A DNA stretch of 64,000 nucleotides from Chiloscyllium plagiosum (taxonomy: Eukaryota), in NCBI RefSeq assembly GCF_004010195.1, contig NC_057756.1, positions 2,544,776-2,608,775 on the forward strand, given 5' to 3'. The notes beneath the pieces were generated by a model. It was not told where the DNA came from and made no database searches. It saw nothing but the letters and a program-made list of their open reading frames with translations. Of this stretch, positions 1 to 13,319 are shown piece by piece. The position numbers and the translations under genes are program-made. The number at the start of each line of letters is the position of its first letter. The first letter of the stretch is position 1.

Positions 1-139
1 CAGCTGGCACTTCATGCTTGATCTTCATCTGCACAGACCTGATCATGAACCGTCTCCAATGCTGAAGTCTAATGGACTTCAAAATGTCATATATCTGTTA
101 ATAATGTTTTTAAAACGCATTGTCTGAATAATCAAAGTT

Positions 140-860
140 ATAGAGTCACAGAGCAATAACGGGTACTTAAATTCAACTGCTCTATGGCAACCATGTATCC
201 TCAGATAATTTAGTCCCATTTGCAAGCATTTGGCCCATATAATGTTAAATGCATCCAATGCATTTGGTCGCCCAGACGACACTTAAATGTTGCAATTGTA
301 CCTGTCTCTAACACATCCTCTGGCAGGTCGCTGCACACAGACACCACACTTCGAGTCAAAAAGTTAATCCTTACTTCCTTGTAAATATTGCCCCTCTCAC
401 ATTAAACCTACTCTCTCTAGTTTTAGAATCCCCCTTCCTATGATTAAGGCCAAGGCTACTCACTGAATCCATATCTCTCATGATATGATACATCCCTATA
501 AGATCACCTGTCAGCATCTCATACTCCAGGGAACATAGCATTAGCCTATTCAAACACTCCAGTTCGCTCAAACCCTCCAATGCAGGGAACATCATTGCAA
601 ATCTTTCCTGAAACATTTCCAGGTTCACAACATCCTTCCTGTAGCAAGATGACCAAACTTGAATGCAAAATTCCAAACGTGGCATTACAATGTCCTTTAC
701 AGTCACAAATACGATGTCCTAACTCCGGATATTCAGCGCACTGACAAGTAAAGACAAGTCTCTTAAAAACTTTCTTCACTTTGCCATATAACTTGGAATC
801 CACTTTCAAGGCATTATGAAATTGTACTCCAAGGTCTCTTTGTTTATTAACACTTAGCAC
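140..860 (-). mobile_element. CR1 LINE 3' fragment (decayed ORF2 C-terminus and tail)
   Basis: Minus-strand ORFs 546-860 (QRDLGVQFHNALKV) and 371-706 (PRLEFCIQVWS...LRGDL-like) match the CR1 ORF2 C-terminus seen in other copies in the window. Confidence 0.85.
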
Positions 861-939
861 GATCTTGCAAATAAGTCCCAGTAATTCTTTGTGCTAGGTG
901 AAGTCAGATCCACGTATCACTGCTGAAAAAAATCAAGAT

Positions 940-2965
940 ATCATGCACAGGCCATATTCTTACAAGATAGTGCTTACACTGAGACGCAGAGAGTGGGAAA
1001 GACGACTGTAGGGTATGAGCAAAATTGAATGTGGAGCGTATTAAAGTACGACCAACTTGAAGAAACATGTAAGGAATTTGTTGAGTTCAGGATTCGTGGT
1101 TTATCAAGGAAGTAAAATTTATTGACAAGCGGCAGAAGAATTCTTCTATTCGGTTGAAATGTGATGGCTCCTAGAGGGCGATTGAGAGTTACAGCTTAGC
1201 CAAGAAAGGCCGTTAGAGAGAGCTAAGAAGAGCCAGGTATGGACATGAGAAGTCATTGGATGTTAGGATCAAGGAAAGACCATATGTAGGTATATCAGGA
1301 GTAAAAAGATTGACAAGGATATCTGTGATGAGTTATGTATGGAGTCCGATTAGATAGTGGAAGTGTTAAATGAATATTTTTCGTCAGTATTCACACGCGC
1401 AAAGTATGATGTTATCGAGGAGAGTATTGAGATAGAGGATAATACAGTAGATAGGCCTGAAAGTTTAAAAATATATAAGTACCGTGGATAGGACGGTACC
1501 AGGGAAGAGATTGCTGAGGATATGTTGTTGATGTTGACTTCATCATTTTCTCCAGGAATAGTACCAGAATACTTCAGGTTAGCAAGTGTTGTTCCTTTGG
1601 AGTAGGGAGTAGAGACAAAACTGAAATTATAGACCTGTGAGCCCTTCATCGGTTGTGGGTAAAGTGTTGTAAGAGATAGGATTTATAGTCATCCAGAAAG
1701 TAGTACTTTGATTGGGGTAGTCAACACAGTTTAGTGAACGGCAGTTCGTGCCTTACAAATCACATTGAGTTCTTTGAGACGTGACGAAACAGGTGGATGT
1801 GGGTGAAGGGGTGGATGTGGTGGGTCTGGATTTCACTAAGACGTTCAATAAGGCTGCGCAAGCTTGGCTTTTGCACAAAATACAGAGCCATGAGATTGAG
1901 AGTGATTTAGCGGCTTGGATCAGAAATTGGCTAGATTAAAAATAGAGAGTGTTGGTTGATGGAAAATATCAATTCTGAAGTTCCATTCCGAGTGGTGTAC
2001 TGCAAGGATCTGTTTTGGGTCCACTGTTGTTCTTCGTTTGTATGACTGACCTGCATGAGGACAAAGAAGGATGGGTTAGTAAATTTGCGGATAACACTCC
2101 GATTGGTAGTGTTTTGGTTAGTGATGAAGGATGTTGTAGTTTACAGGGGGACATAGATAAAATGAAGAACTGGGTGGAGGGGTGGAAATGGCGTATTATG
2201 AAAGAAACTGTGAGATGATTCAGTTTGAAAGGAGTATTAGCAATGCTCCATACTGGGCGAAAGCTAATACTCTTAGTGCTGTAGATGAACAGAGAGATCT
2301 CGGTGTTCAGGTACATTGGCACTTGAAAGTTGCCACCCAGTTTGATAGCGTTGTTAAGAAGGCATGTAGTGTGTTGGATTTCATTGCTAACAGAATTGAT
2401 TTTGAGAACCATGAGGTCATGCTGCAGGTTTACACAACTTTGTTATAGCCACACTTGGAGTATTGCATACAGTTCTGGTCACCAGGAAGGAAACTTTTGA
2501 ACGGGTTCAGAGGAGATTTACTCGGATGTTAGGTCTGATGGGAAGATCTTACGAGGAAAGGCTGAGGGACCTGAGGCTATTCTCATTTGAGAAAAGACGG
2601 TTGAGATGTTACTAACTTCGGACGTATAAGATAATCAAAGGGTTAGACAGGTTGTTTAGTGACAGTCTTTTTCCTCGGTAATAGCGACGGGTAATACGAG
2701 GGGCATAGCTTTAAATAGAAGGATGATAGACATAGGACAGATATCAGAGGTCTTTTTTCGCACAGACAGTAATAAGGACATGGAATGTACTGCCTGCAAC
2801 AGTAATATGCTCTCCAAATTTAAGGGCATTTACATGGCAACTGGATAGGCATGTTGTCGAGATGGGAATAGGATAGGTTAGATGAGGTTCAGATTGGTTT
2901 CAAAGGTCGATGCAACATCCAGGGTCAATAGGCCAATACTGTCTGGTTCTATCTTCTATGTTCAA
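940..2965 (+). mobile_element. CR1 LINE fragment, decayed RT domain to 3' tail
   Basis: GSVLGPLLF and SKFAD motifs (~2005-2095), DEQRDLGVQVH (~2284-2316), 3' tail TTCTATCTTCTATGTTC at ~2948-2963. Confidence 0.9.
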
Positions 2966-3861
2966 TGAAATAGGTTTTTCTCCGTACCTAAGATGCTGGG
3001 TGGACGCTGTTCCTCAAAAATAAAATATGCAATGTGAGAATGGTAAATTCATGCTGTTTGCACAAGTGTCATGAATGAGTGTATGATTTCGTGGTAAAGT
3101 CCGCCTTGAGCAAGTGGCCCTGCTAAGTTGCAAGGTGTATTGTTCAAAGGTTGCAGCATGGACGTGGAATACGAGACCTTCTAGCCATTCATCTCAGCAA
3201 TTGTCTTGCTAAGTTTGTCTGTTGTCATTCAACCATTTGCCATAAAACATTGGAATCTGCAACATGTCCACAAACAATTGTGTTAGAATAGAAAAAAAAA
3301 ATTATATTTACTCCTGGTTACTAATTAACTTTCAAACTCAATATCATTACGTGCAGAAATTCGTTTTCTTACCACATGTATATTACACTGAGAAAAGCCG
3401 TATTATCGAGCAAAAAGATATCTGTCCATCAACATCATCCAGCTTCAATTGTAATAGTTTCAGATAAAGGAACAAAAGAAAGAACTAAGCTGAACAGAGT
3501 CGGTCTGCCCTTAATCAGCTCACCATCAATGTTCCGGCAGAACCATTACCTTTCATTATCTGTCCCCCATTTACAACAGAGCCAAAAAAAGTGTTAAAGT
3601 TGACTTATATTAAGAACCATCTTTCGCCAATGGGCTCATCACCCTCCATCGTGCCTCGTGCCCGCTGAGTGAAACTGGCAACATCAGAACTGTATCCTCG
3701 GCCACTGGGTCGAATAGTTTAGTGATATCATGATACGCTTCTGCCACCATTTCCCTCTTTGCAAGTGCCAGACTCAACCATTGAAAATGTTGTCAAAATT
3801 CATTTGTCGTTTTTCACCTTTTTCCAGTATTTCACTCATGTTTCTCCATGTGTTAAATGGA

Positions 3862-5225
3862 GCCTTACTTCAGTTGTTGGTAAAGTGTTGGAAAAGGTTA
3901 TAAGAGATAGAGTGAATAATCATCTAGAAAAGAATAATTTGATTATCGATAGTCAGCACGGTTTTATGAAGGGTAGGTCCTGTCTCACAAACCTTATTGA
4001 GTTCTTTGAGAAGGTGACCAAACAGGTAGATGAGAGTAAACCCGTTGATGTGGTGTATATGGATTTCAGCAAGGCGTTCGATAAGATTCCCCACAGTAGG
4101 CTATTGTACAAAATGGGGAGGAATGGGATTGTGGGAGATATAGCATTTTGGATCAGTAACTGGCTTGCTGAAAGAAGACAGAGGGCGGTGGTTGATGGGA
4201 AACTTTCATCCTGGAGTCCAGTTACCAGTGGTGTACCGCAAACGTCGGCGTTGGGTCCAATGCTGTTCGTCATTTTTGCAAACGACCTGGATGAGGGCGT
4301 AGAAGGGTGGGTTAGTAAACTTGCAGACGACACTAAGGTCGGTGGAGTTATGGATAGTGACGAAGGTTGTTATAGGTTACAGAGAGACACAGATGAGCTG
4401 CAGAGCTGGGCTGAGAGGTGGCAAATGGAGTTTAATGCGGACAAGTGTGAAGTGATTCATTTTGGTCGGTGAAACCGGAATGCAAAGTAGTGGCTAATGG
4501 TAAGATTCTTAGTAGTGTAGATGAGCAGAGACATCTCGGTGTCCAGGTACACAGATCCTTGAAAGTTGCCACCCAGGTTGACAGGGTCGTTAAGAAGGCA
4601 TACAGTGTTTCAGCTTTTTTTAATAGAGGCATTGAGTTCCGGAACCATTAGGTTATGCTACAGCTGTATAAAACTCTAGTGCGGCCGCACTTGGAGTATT
4701 GTGTACAGTTCTGGTGACCACATTATAAGAACAATGCGGAAGCTTTGGAAAGGGTGCAGAACAGATTAACTAGAATGTTGCCTGGTATGGAGGGAAGGTC
4801 TTACGAGGAAATGCTGATGGAATTGAGGCTGTTTTTGTTAGAGAGAAGAAGATTGAGAGGTGACTTAATAGAGACATAAAAGATAATCAGAGGGTTAGAT
4901 AGGGTGGACAGGAAGAGCCTTTATCCAAGAATGGTGATGGCAAGCACGAGGGGTCATAACTTTAAACTAAGGGGTGATAGATATAGAACAGATGTCAGAG
5001 GTAGTTTCTTTATTCAGAGAGTAGTAAGGGTATGGAATGCTTCGCCTGCAACGGTAGTAGATTCGCCAACATTAAGTACATTTAAGTCGTCATTGGAGAA
5101 ACATGTGGACACACATGGAATAGTGTATGTTAGGTGGCTTCAGATTGGTATGAAATTTAGGCGTAACGTCGAGGGCCGAAGGGCCTGTACTGCGCTGTAA
5201 TGTTGTATGTTCTAAGTTCTATGTT
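3862..5225 (+). mobile_element. 5'-truncated CR1 LINE, relatively well preserved RT
   Basis: ORF 3759-4472 contains [27 protein letters not shown] and KLADDTK; followed by CR1 C-terminal ORFs and a (TGTTCTA)-type tail; possible TSD TGTGTTAA at 3849-3856 and 5226-5233. Confidence 0.95.
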
Positions 5226-5599
5226 TGTGTTAATTTGTTCAGGACATTTTGATTTTATATTGAATGACGAAATTACTCAGTAATGTCGTAGAATTTCTAA
5301 GACCCTCATGACTGTGCAATGTAATTACGTGAAAATCAAATACAGAGTCATCTGGATTTTTTTTGTGAACTTTAAATTGTCACACATGCTACTTTTTCTT
5401 TCCTTCCCTACTCAAATGTCATTTTAACACATTCACAAGACACACTCTTTGGGCTTTCCATCTTTTTGGTGTTCTTGTCAAACAATTCACCTCAAAACTT
5501 TTTCTTTTAGCTTTGATTTGGATCACTAAACATTGCTTCAGAGGTTCATCTACTAGTGTTGTTTATACTCATACTTAAACCACAAAAATTAAACAACAC

Positions 5600-6500
5600 A
5601 TGATTGATCCCTTTCCGAAGTGATGTTACATTGGGTGCTGTGCTTCTTCCAAATGATATCTAGTGAACTCACCGGCTCCATTTAATTTCAACCAAAATTT
5701 ACTTAGTTGCTAAACGCTGAATCATCAGGTTATGTATAATTTAATTAGTTTCACTCGTCATTCAACTCATGTGAAAAAAATGATTCAACTAGATTGAATT
5801 CTGCATTCCTCATTGCAAAATGTTGAAACAGAATTCCTTTACCCCAATCCTCTTCATTCTGAGTCCTCAGCAACGACTTCAATGGTTGATGTCACCGCTG
5901 CATTTGTACATGCCACTCTGGATGCCACGCAATTATTTTATATCGATTTTTCTGAAGCAATGTAAAGTAACTTCAATGTAATATTAGATCACTGATCCGA
6001 TTGCATTTCGGTGGGTAGATTCATTTATTAAAGTGAACAAGTATAATATTGCTCTTATTATTTACATGATTTGATGCATTGAATTCAGACACATGTGAAG
6101 AACTACGCAAATCCGTGTGGTATATTAAGGATACCGATTTTGTCAAAGAGTTTTCATATTACTTCACACCTGTGATTTAATCATCGAACTTCTACGACAT
6201 GTTCGTGTGGTCCAGAACAAAATATTTTGGCATTTTGGCTCGAGTTTCCTTATTTCCAAGTGATCCCCTCCTTTGAAATACCTCCTTTCTATAAACTACT
6301 GGTAATGCAACTGCATGAACGTCTGTTCAATGATTTGTTCACCTGAATGTGTAATGGACTCCATTTCCTCATTAGGAGTTCACTTTCAAATAACAGCATT
6401 CTTGGTACACTCAGATTATCTGTTTGTTTTTAATAATACAATCGTTCTGTCATTCTGTTATCAGGTCGTCAACTTCCCTGAATATTATCCACTTTGTTTT
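5600..6500 (-). mobile_element. Gypsy (Gmr1-like) LTR retrotransposon, decayed integrase region
   Basis: Reverse strand reads with frameshifts LLMRKWSPLHIQV...ALPVVYRKEV...HLEIRKT...HRCEV, the integrase HHCC region typical of vertebrate Gmr1-like elements. Confidence 0.65.
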
Positions 6501-6524
6501 CCTCCTTTTCTAGTAGTAATAAAA

Positions 6525-6730
6525 TAGATCCATCAGTCCAACTCATGCATGCTGAATATGATTCCTAAGCTAAGCTTTAACCAGACGATTGGGTTTGGAC
6601 CATAGATCTCTAAATCGTTTCTATTCACGTACCTGTTTAAATGTATAGTAAGTGTTGTAACTGTTTTTGCGTAAGTCACTTCGCCTCGTGGTTCATCCAA
6701 TGCATGAACCACGTTTCCTTTTCTCAGCAA
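6525..6730 (-). mobile_element. Short CR1 3'-tail fragment
   Basis: Resembles the reverse complement of CR1 tails elsewhere in the window (compare 140-350). Confidence 0.55.
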
Positions 6731-6859
6731 TGTAATCAAATTCGGGTGATTGAGCTTCACTTTTCATATTTTTACTCTTTATTTTTCCCCTTCTATTTCC
6801 ACTAGTGGTTTTGGGACATTGCAACTGCAGAGTTAAGACGAATCAGAGGACATCCACCC

Positions 6860-9040
6860 TGTAAAACCTCAGATATGCATTACTGCAATGGCTTCCCAAT
6901 CGCAGTCTGCATCAGCTCAGCGAACATACTACAATTGCTGCATTCAGCACCAGAAGAACAAGCCTTTATGCAAACCTTGAACACCGATGGGCAAGATGGA
7001 GTCTTACCATCAAGGAAAAGGAAATTCTGTGCCATACACCAAAGCGTGAGGTCAGAGCAAATATGATTCCTTAACAGATGACGAATGAATCAAATACTAC
7101 TACATTATTTCAGGTGTAGGCCAACAATTAACCACCATTTTCCAGAGAAACAGTCGGGCAAAACGCTCACAGGATCATCTAAGTTAGCATTACAGATGCA
7201 ATTAACAGTCTGCACAGGTTTATGAAATAAATTGCGGGTCAAATGTCATTAATTTCAAAATTGGCCAATTTAAAGTGGCCATCCAATAAGACATAAAAGA
7301 AGCACAGATAGAACGAGAACATCACGAAAGAACAAAATGACTTAACTAATCAACAGGAGAGAAGACAACACAAGTTACCAGTGAAAGAAACCTCTCCAAT
7401 CGGAAGGTCAGACACAGAAAAAAGCAGGACCAGCCAAGCGACTCAAATACAGCCACAGGGCTGCATAAAAACGGAAATTCCTTGCTGCACTAGAAGGTAC
7501 GCTTGGAACTAATGTACTAACCATAGAGAGACAGATATACATCTCAAAGCGTTCTGTGGCATTTTGAGGAATCCGGCAATAAACTGCTAAAGAACTTTCA
7601 ACAAAACTTAAACAGCTTAGCAGCGAATTCAAACAATCCATACAACCATCAAATGAATATCTAGATGACATCAAGAATATGCATATAGAGAAGACCAAAG
7701 CAATGGTCTCACTCGATGTAACAGTGCTGTTTACGTCAATTGACAAAACCTTAGCCAAAGTGACAATAGCCAACGGCCTGGACAAAGAGAAAACCTCGCA
7801 ACAAGGACTGCATATTCAAAGGATGAGACCTGTGCTTGACGACAGACGTCATATACAACAGCAAGATGTTCGAACAAATCAATGGGAAACTTACTGGCTC
7901 ACCCCTCTCTGGGGTCATAGCTGAAGCAGTCCTGCAAGAATTTGAACAAACAACCCTCCCACAAATCCAAACCAAACAGGATGAGTTATGTGGACCACAA
8001 TTTTGTAATAAATCAAAGAGCAGAGAAAAAGCAACATATACTGTGTTGTCAACACTACGCTAAAATGGATCAATTTTGCACAAGAGGAAGAATCTAATAA
8101 CCAACTCCCATTTTTGGATGTAATGGTAGAAAAGACACGTAAAGGGCAATGTACAAAAAACATGTATAGAACAGCCACACACACAGTTTTGATCCTGAAA
8201 TTCAACCGCAACCACCAAACAAATTCAAGAGAATCTGCACGGGGACCGAATGCAAAGGGAGCATAATACACTGCAGGACTCCTGACCTGTGAAGAAAAGT
8301 AGAAGACCATCTCTACAATGTGGTCATGCAGAACAGATATCCCTGCAACCTTATCCACAGATGCCTAGGATATAAACAACCCGATGAGGACCTGTCTTGA
8401 CCTAACACAATATTTGTGCTAACTTCTATATTCAAAAAAAAAGCCTTGGAACTCATGGCCTAACGTGTCCACACACTGGGATCCATGACTACCCACAAAC
8501 TGACCGCCTTTCACAGAAAACCACTTTAGTCATCAAAGGCACTATGCCCACCATGTTCAAGACAAACGCCGTTTACAAAGTTCCATGGAAAGACTGCATG
8601 AAAGACCATATAGGACAAGAGGACAGCTAATAATCTACATCTATGAATCGCAACTAGCTACAAAATGCCACGGCTTGGTAGCCATGATGAACATGGTCAC
8701 AAATTCGACCAGAAAAACACAACGATAACAGGCCAGCTAAACAGAGGACAACGTTAGAATTTATAAAGGCATGGACTACATCAATAAACACATTCTTGTA
8801 GACACACTATGATGACCACTGCAATGAGCAAGTGGAACCAGCTGTGGGAAGCACCTGGAATGGAACCAAATAAATTCCAGGAGACACAATGCAGCAACAC
8901 TTCACAGGAAGGTCCAGAGAATTAAGGAATTCAACGAGGAATGGAAGAAAGCATCTGCAAATCAACTTCACAATCTAACAAAAAAAATCCCATGACTGTG
9001 GCAACCCGCACCCGAGCTGCAAATATTTGTCTGCAAGCAA
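6860..9040 (+). mobile_element. Penelope-like retroelement (RT plus GIY-YIG endonuclease), decayed
   Basis: MVSLDVTVLFTSI (ORF 7679), EQING...GSPLSGVIAEAVLQ (ORF 7836), LPFLDV (~8104), NAVYKVP.KDC...IGQ (~8565-8618); 3' end resembles the Penelope termini at 10914-11156 and 42471-42640. Confidence 0.9.
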
Positions 9041-9379
9041 TTTACCACTCCCACCTGCGATGCAGTTCATTCATTCCTATGAATAACTTGCATCTATTAA
9101 GCCTAGAATTTCCCTGCTACTGCTGCATCACTTCATCAGTATTCACTGGACTCTGTAATCTCACTTTAGTTAACGGAAAAATATTTTGCTCTAAGTGAAT
9201 TCCACATATCAACACATGTTTTTCTCGCAATGCTAATTCTGAATTCCATATTTCCTGATCTCTCGCCATCAAAGCTTGATTTTTTTTTTGTCGTATATCC
9301 TCAAATCCTAATTAATTCCTCTACACAAGGAAACCATATTCAAGCCAGGACGGTCTGGAATAGGATTTGATATTTTCTT

Positions 9380-10800
9380 AGCAACGTGCGTATACCAGGC
9401 TGTTCGTCATTTGCAGCTCTTTAACTTCAATGATACATTCCGTTACCACTTGAACACATGCCACTGGTTTTCCTGTTGTACCAAGTCCGTCCTCCCAATT
9501 GTTTTAAACATCAGCACAATGATTGCCCATTTCTAATTCATTGCAATGAAAACATTTGCATTTTATTTCCACTTCACTCCCTTATATCAATGATTACTTT
9601 TTCTAATTGTGGGTAAATAACTTCAAAATCTTCAACGAGACTTCCTTTTCTGTTACCACTTGAGGGTTTCGTTGTTTCTCAAGTTCTGTCCTTCACAGAT
9701 TGAAATTGATGTCGGAAACCATTCGTTGATGTATGAATAAACTCATAATAGTCTATTTTGCTACGAATCAAGGAATTTTTACTCTCCTCAACCACATCAG
9801 TTTTTATTCCTTCAAGCATTGAATTTTTAAACTCTTCAAAATGAACAGTCACGCTACGAGCTTCATATGCCTAATCTGTTTTCAATGTCCTTGTCTACCT
9901 ACAAAAGTTACTTTGTTTCATCCTTTCAACTTCACTGAACGTATGATCATTTTCATTCCCTCAATTCCAAAAACGTTGTCTCTTAATTTCTGGCAGGAAT
10001 TCTTAAGATTTTTTTAAAGAACTGCATCTTACCCAGAATACTCCAGTGATTATAACGCAGAGAGCTGACTAATTTGACCAACGAACGTCATTTGAGATAA
10101 TACCACCCACATGTTCAGCGGCCATTTCATTTTTGCATCACCTTTCTCAAATGAAATGAGAAGAAATTCTAAGCCCTTTTTGCTGAACGTTGGTAAGGTA
10201 TACTTGTACTTAAACAAACCCCATGGGACCTTTGGCTACGATGCATGCATCACTACTCCAAAATGTTATAATTAACCATAACATTTTATATTAACGTCAC
10301 ACTGCTATTCTGTGAAGTTCAATTATTCTGTTTTTTTTTTCTCGCTGTGTTTTTGTCAATTTCCATGCTCAGCACTCAGAATTCAAATGTTCCCTCTTTT
10401 CATTCTCAAACTGTTTCATTTTCAAATGGTATTTAACTATTTCCAATGAATCTGATTGCATTTCTGGAAATTGTCGACACATACCAATGTGATAAATTAT
10501 CTCCATTTTCCTCAGGATCACGGATAATTCATATTTCAATTTGTCCACCAATTCCGAACGTTCTGCCTGAGATACATTCTGTAAATAATGCCACATGAAT
10601 CTTTCAGACCCAGGGAACTCTTTGCTACCGAACGAGTCATGTTTAGTGAAGGCATCTCTTTCTCAATGAAATGCCTGTAAACCTGAAAAGCGAACACTAA
10701 TACTCACCACTCATTGAGTCCAATCATCCTAAATCTAACTTGGAATTCAGGAATTTTGACGCCAGATCAAAGCTCCCGATTTGAATTGGACCAGATGGAC
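9380..10800 (-). mobile_element. Gypsy (Gmr1-like) gag region, probably the 5' part of the element at 5600-6500
   Basis: Reverse strand: gag N-terminus (ORF 10369-10596), LISFEK..KMKWP (~10120-10165), zinc-knuckle start KCFHCNE (~9539-9559). Confidence 0.65.
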
Positions 10801-10913
10801 AAACCTTCAGATCATTCACAGCAAAGCTGAAAATCTGCCTGGATATCGTGTACCCCGACCCCACCACATTATGCATGTTCTATGAAACCGGGAGAACTCG
10901 AAAACTGGTCAAC

Positions 10914-11156
10914 GTTTGTGCGAAGATTTGTAGCTTGTGTCGTTGTTGTTGTGGTTCTGTTCGCCGAGCTGGGAATTTGTGTTGAGACGTTTTGTCCCTT
11001 GTTTAGGTGACATCTACAGTGCTTGGGAGCCTCCTGTGACTGGGGAGCCTCCATCTCAGAAGCGCTTCACAGGAGGTTCCCAAGCACTGAGGATGCCACC
11101 TAGACAGAGGACGAAACGTCTGCAACACAAATTCGCAGCTCAGCGAACAGAGCCAT
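10914..11156. mobile_element. Fold-back Penelope-terminus element with hammerhead motif
   Basis: Inverted arms ~10951-11039 and ~11067-11156; CTGAGGA(11087)...GAAACGTC(11113-11120); flanking near-direct repeat TCGAAAACTGG/TCGAAAGCTGG. Confidence 0.85.
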
Positions 11157-11229
11157 CGAAAGCTGGCAGAAACTCGCAGTCTCAAAGAGACATTTTGGAA
11201 CCATCGGGATAATACCTGTCTCCAAGCAA

Positions 11230-12050
11230 AGCAGGGAATTACAAATTTTTCATTAAGGCATCGTACTGTTTCAGTAGCCATTTGCTCCTTGCAGTTTCAC
11301 GTAAGACCATCCATGGGTGTGTGGCTGCGCATACTGCCGATTGTTTGAAACAAAACAATCGTGTTTAAGTTTTCCATTGACGCTTGCTGCTCCTTTTGGT
11401 TGTCAAGCCATCAGAAAATCAAGTACGGTTTGATTTGATTGTATTTAATTTGGAAAAGTGGAGCCATATTACTGGCATACAGAAATGGGGTCAGCCATTG
11501 GGGCACTTAACTACCACTCATATAAAGGACAATCGTTTCAGTGAGACTTGTAACTGATTTTCGGTCCTCAGATGCCTTGCCCCCATTTCACTATGACGTT
11601 GGTGCCTTCGGATAAGAACTAAGGCATGATCGATGTTCCATTTCTTTTAACATATTTTATCAGTTCTAATCACTCCCGCTGTGTTTGTTTTTGGTGGGGG
11701 AATGCACTCTAACATGTTAATGGCTGATTTTCAAATTACATTTTGTTAGTTTGCGGGAGACACTTGCAACAAACACTGCTGCCTTGGCTGATTTTGCAAC
11801 AGATACCTTCTTGCTACATTGTGCAGTGGAGACACCTACAGCTGTTGGAACGCGAATAGCGAAAAGGAAACGATTGCAAAACTGCCTGCGAAGCATTTTT
11901 GAAATTGTTCTACTGCAAAGAAATCCATTCGAATGTAAATTGCACCACTTAACAGTAAAGATGGACTGCAGCAGGAAGGTTATGAAGCAATCACCTTCTG
12001 TGATATCCAAAACAAATCAGCTAAATATTCGGCTTTTTATTTCGTGATAG
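11230..12050 (-). mobile_element. Class III (ERV-L-like) endogenous retrovirus pol fragment: connection domain and RNase H start
   Basis: Reverse strand LLQSIF..., TFEWISLQ*NNFKNASQAVLQSFP (TFEW at 11925-11936), KKWN and RT*FSDG (11407-11424), resembling ERV-L SFEWGPEQ..A.Q.LPL, IKWKWYI and AWFTDG. Confidence 0.6.
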
Positions 12051-12119
12051 GGCTTGTGGAACACTGATTTTGCATATCACATTCTCGTGGATGACACATA
12101 CTCGTCTGGCACATTGTAT

Positions 12120-13270
12120 TTGAGAATGTTACTAGACACGTTGATTAGGGTCGACTGGTGGATGTGGTGTATACGGGCTTCAGTAAGGCATTTGATAAGG
12201 TTCCATATCGTAGGCCCGTTCAGAATATCAGACGGAATGGGATACAGGGAAATTTAACTGTCTGGATACAGAATTGGCTGGTCGACAGAAGACAGCGAGT
12301 GGTAGTGGAAGGAAAATATTCTGCCTGAAAGTCAGTGGTGAGTGGTGTTCCACAGGGCTCAGTTCTTTGGCCTCTACTCTTGTAATATTTATTAATGATT
12401 TGGATGAGGAGATTCAAGAATGTGTTAGCAAATTTGCAGACGATCCAAAGGTTGGAGGTGTCGTTGACAGTATATGGGACTGTTGTAGGCTGCAGCGTGA
12501 CATTGATAGGATGCAGAGATGGGCTGAGAGTTGGCAGATGGAGTTAAACCTGGATAAGTGATGCACTTTGGAAGGTCGAGCTTGAAAGTTGACTACAGGA
12601 TTAAAGACAGGATTCTTGGCAGTGTGGAGGAACAGCGGGATCTTGGTGTGCAGGTACATAGATCTCTTAAAATTGCCACTCAGGTGGACAGGGTTGTTAA
12701 GAAAGCATATGGTATTTTGGCTTCATTAACAGGGAGATTGAGTTTAAGAGCCGTGAGATCTTGTTGCAGCTCTATAAAACTTTGGTTGGACCGCACTTGG
12801 AATACTGTGTCCAGTTCTGGTCGCTGCCTGGATTGGAGGGCATATCTTACGAAGAGAGGTTGACTGAGCTCGGACCTTTTTCATAGGAAAAAGGAAAGAA
12901 GAGAGGGGACCTAACTGAGGTGTACAAGATAATGAGAGGCATAGATAGAGTTGATAGCCAGATTTTTTTTTCCCAGGCAGAAATTGTTTACACGAGGGGT
13001 CATAGTTTTAAGCTATTTGGCGGAAAGTATGGAGGAGATGTCAAGGCGGGATCTTTACACAGAGAGTTGTGAGAGCATGGAATGCATTGCCAGCAGCAGT
13101 TGTGGAAGCGAGGTCATTGGGGATATTTAAGAGACTGCTGGACATGCATATGGTCACTAAAATGTGAGCGTTCGTACATTAGGTTTACCTTACATGAGGA
13201 TCAATGGTCGGCACAACATCATGGGCTGAAGGGCCTGTTCTGTGCTGTACTGTTCTATGTTCAATGTATT
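12120..13270 (+). mobile_element. CR1 LINE fragment with internal deletion, inserted into the ERV
   Basis: GVPQGSVL, SKFADD (ORF 12274), QRDLGVQVHRSLK (ORF 12558), 3' tail GGGCTGAAGGGCCTGTTCTGTGCTGTACTGTTCTATGTTC. Confidence 0.95.
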
Positions 13271-13319
13271 CTCAGTGAAAGAACACTCTGGAAATTCACT
13301 TGGATGTTTCAGAAATGCA

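Noticed and set aside
3759..4472. Longest ORF (237 aa) as a host gene
   Set aside because: It is CR1 reverse transcriptase preceded by a chance open flank
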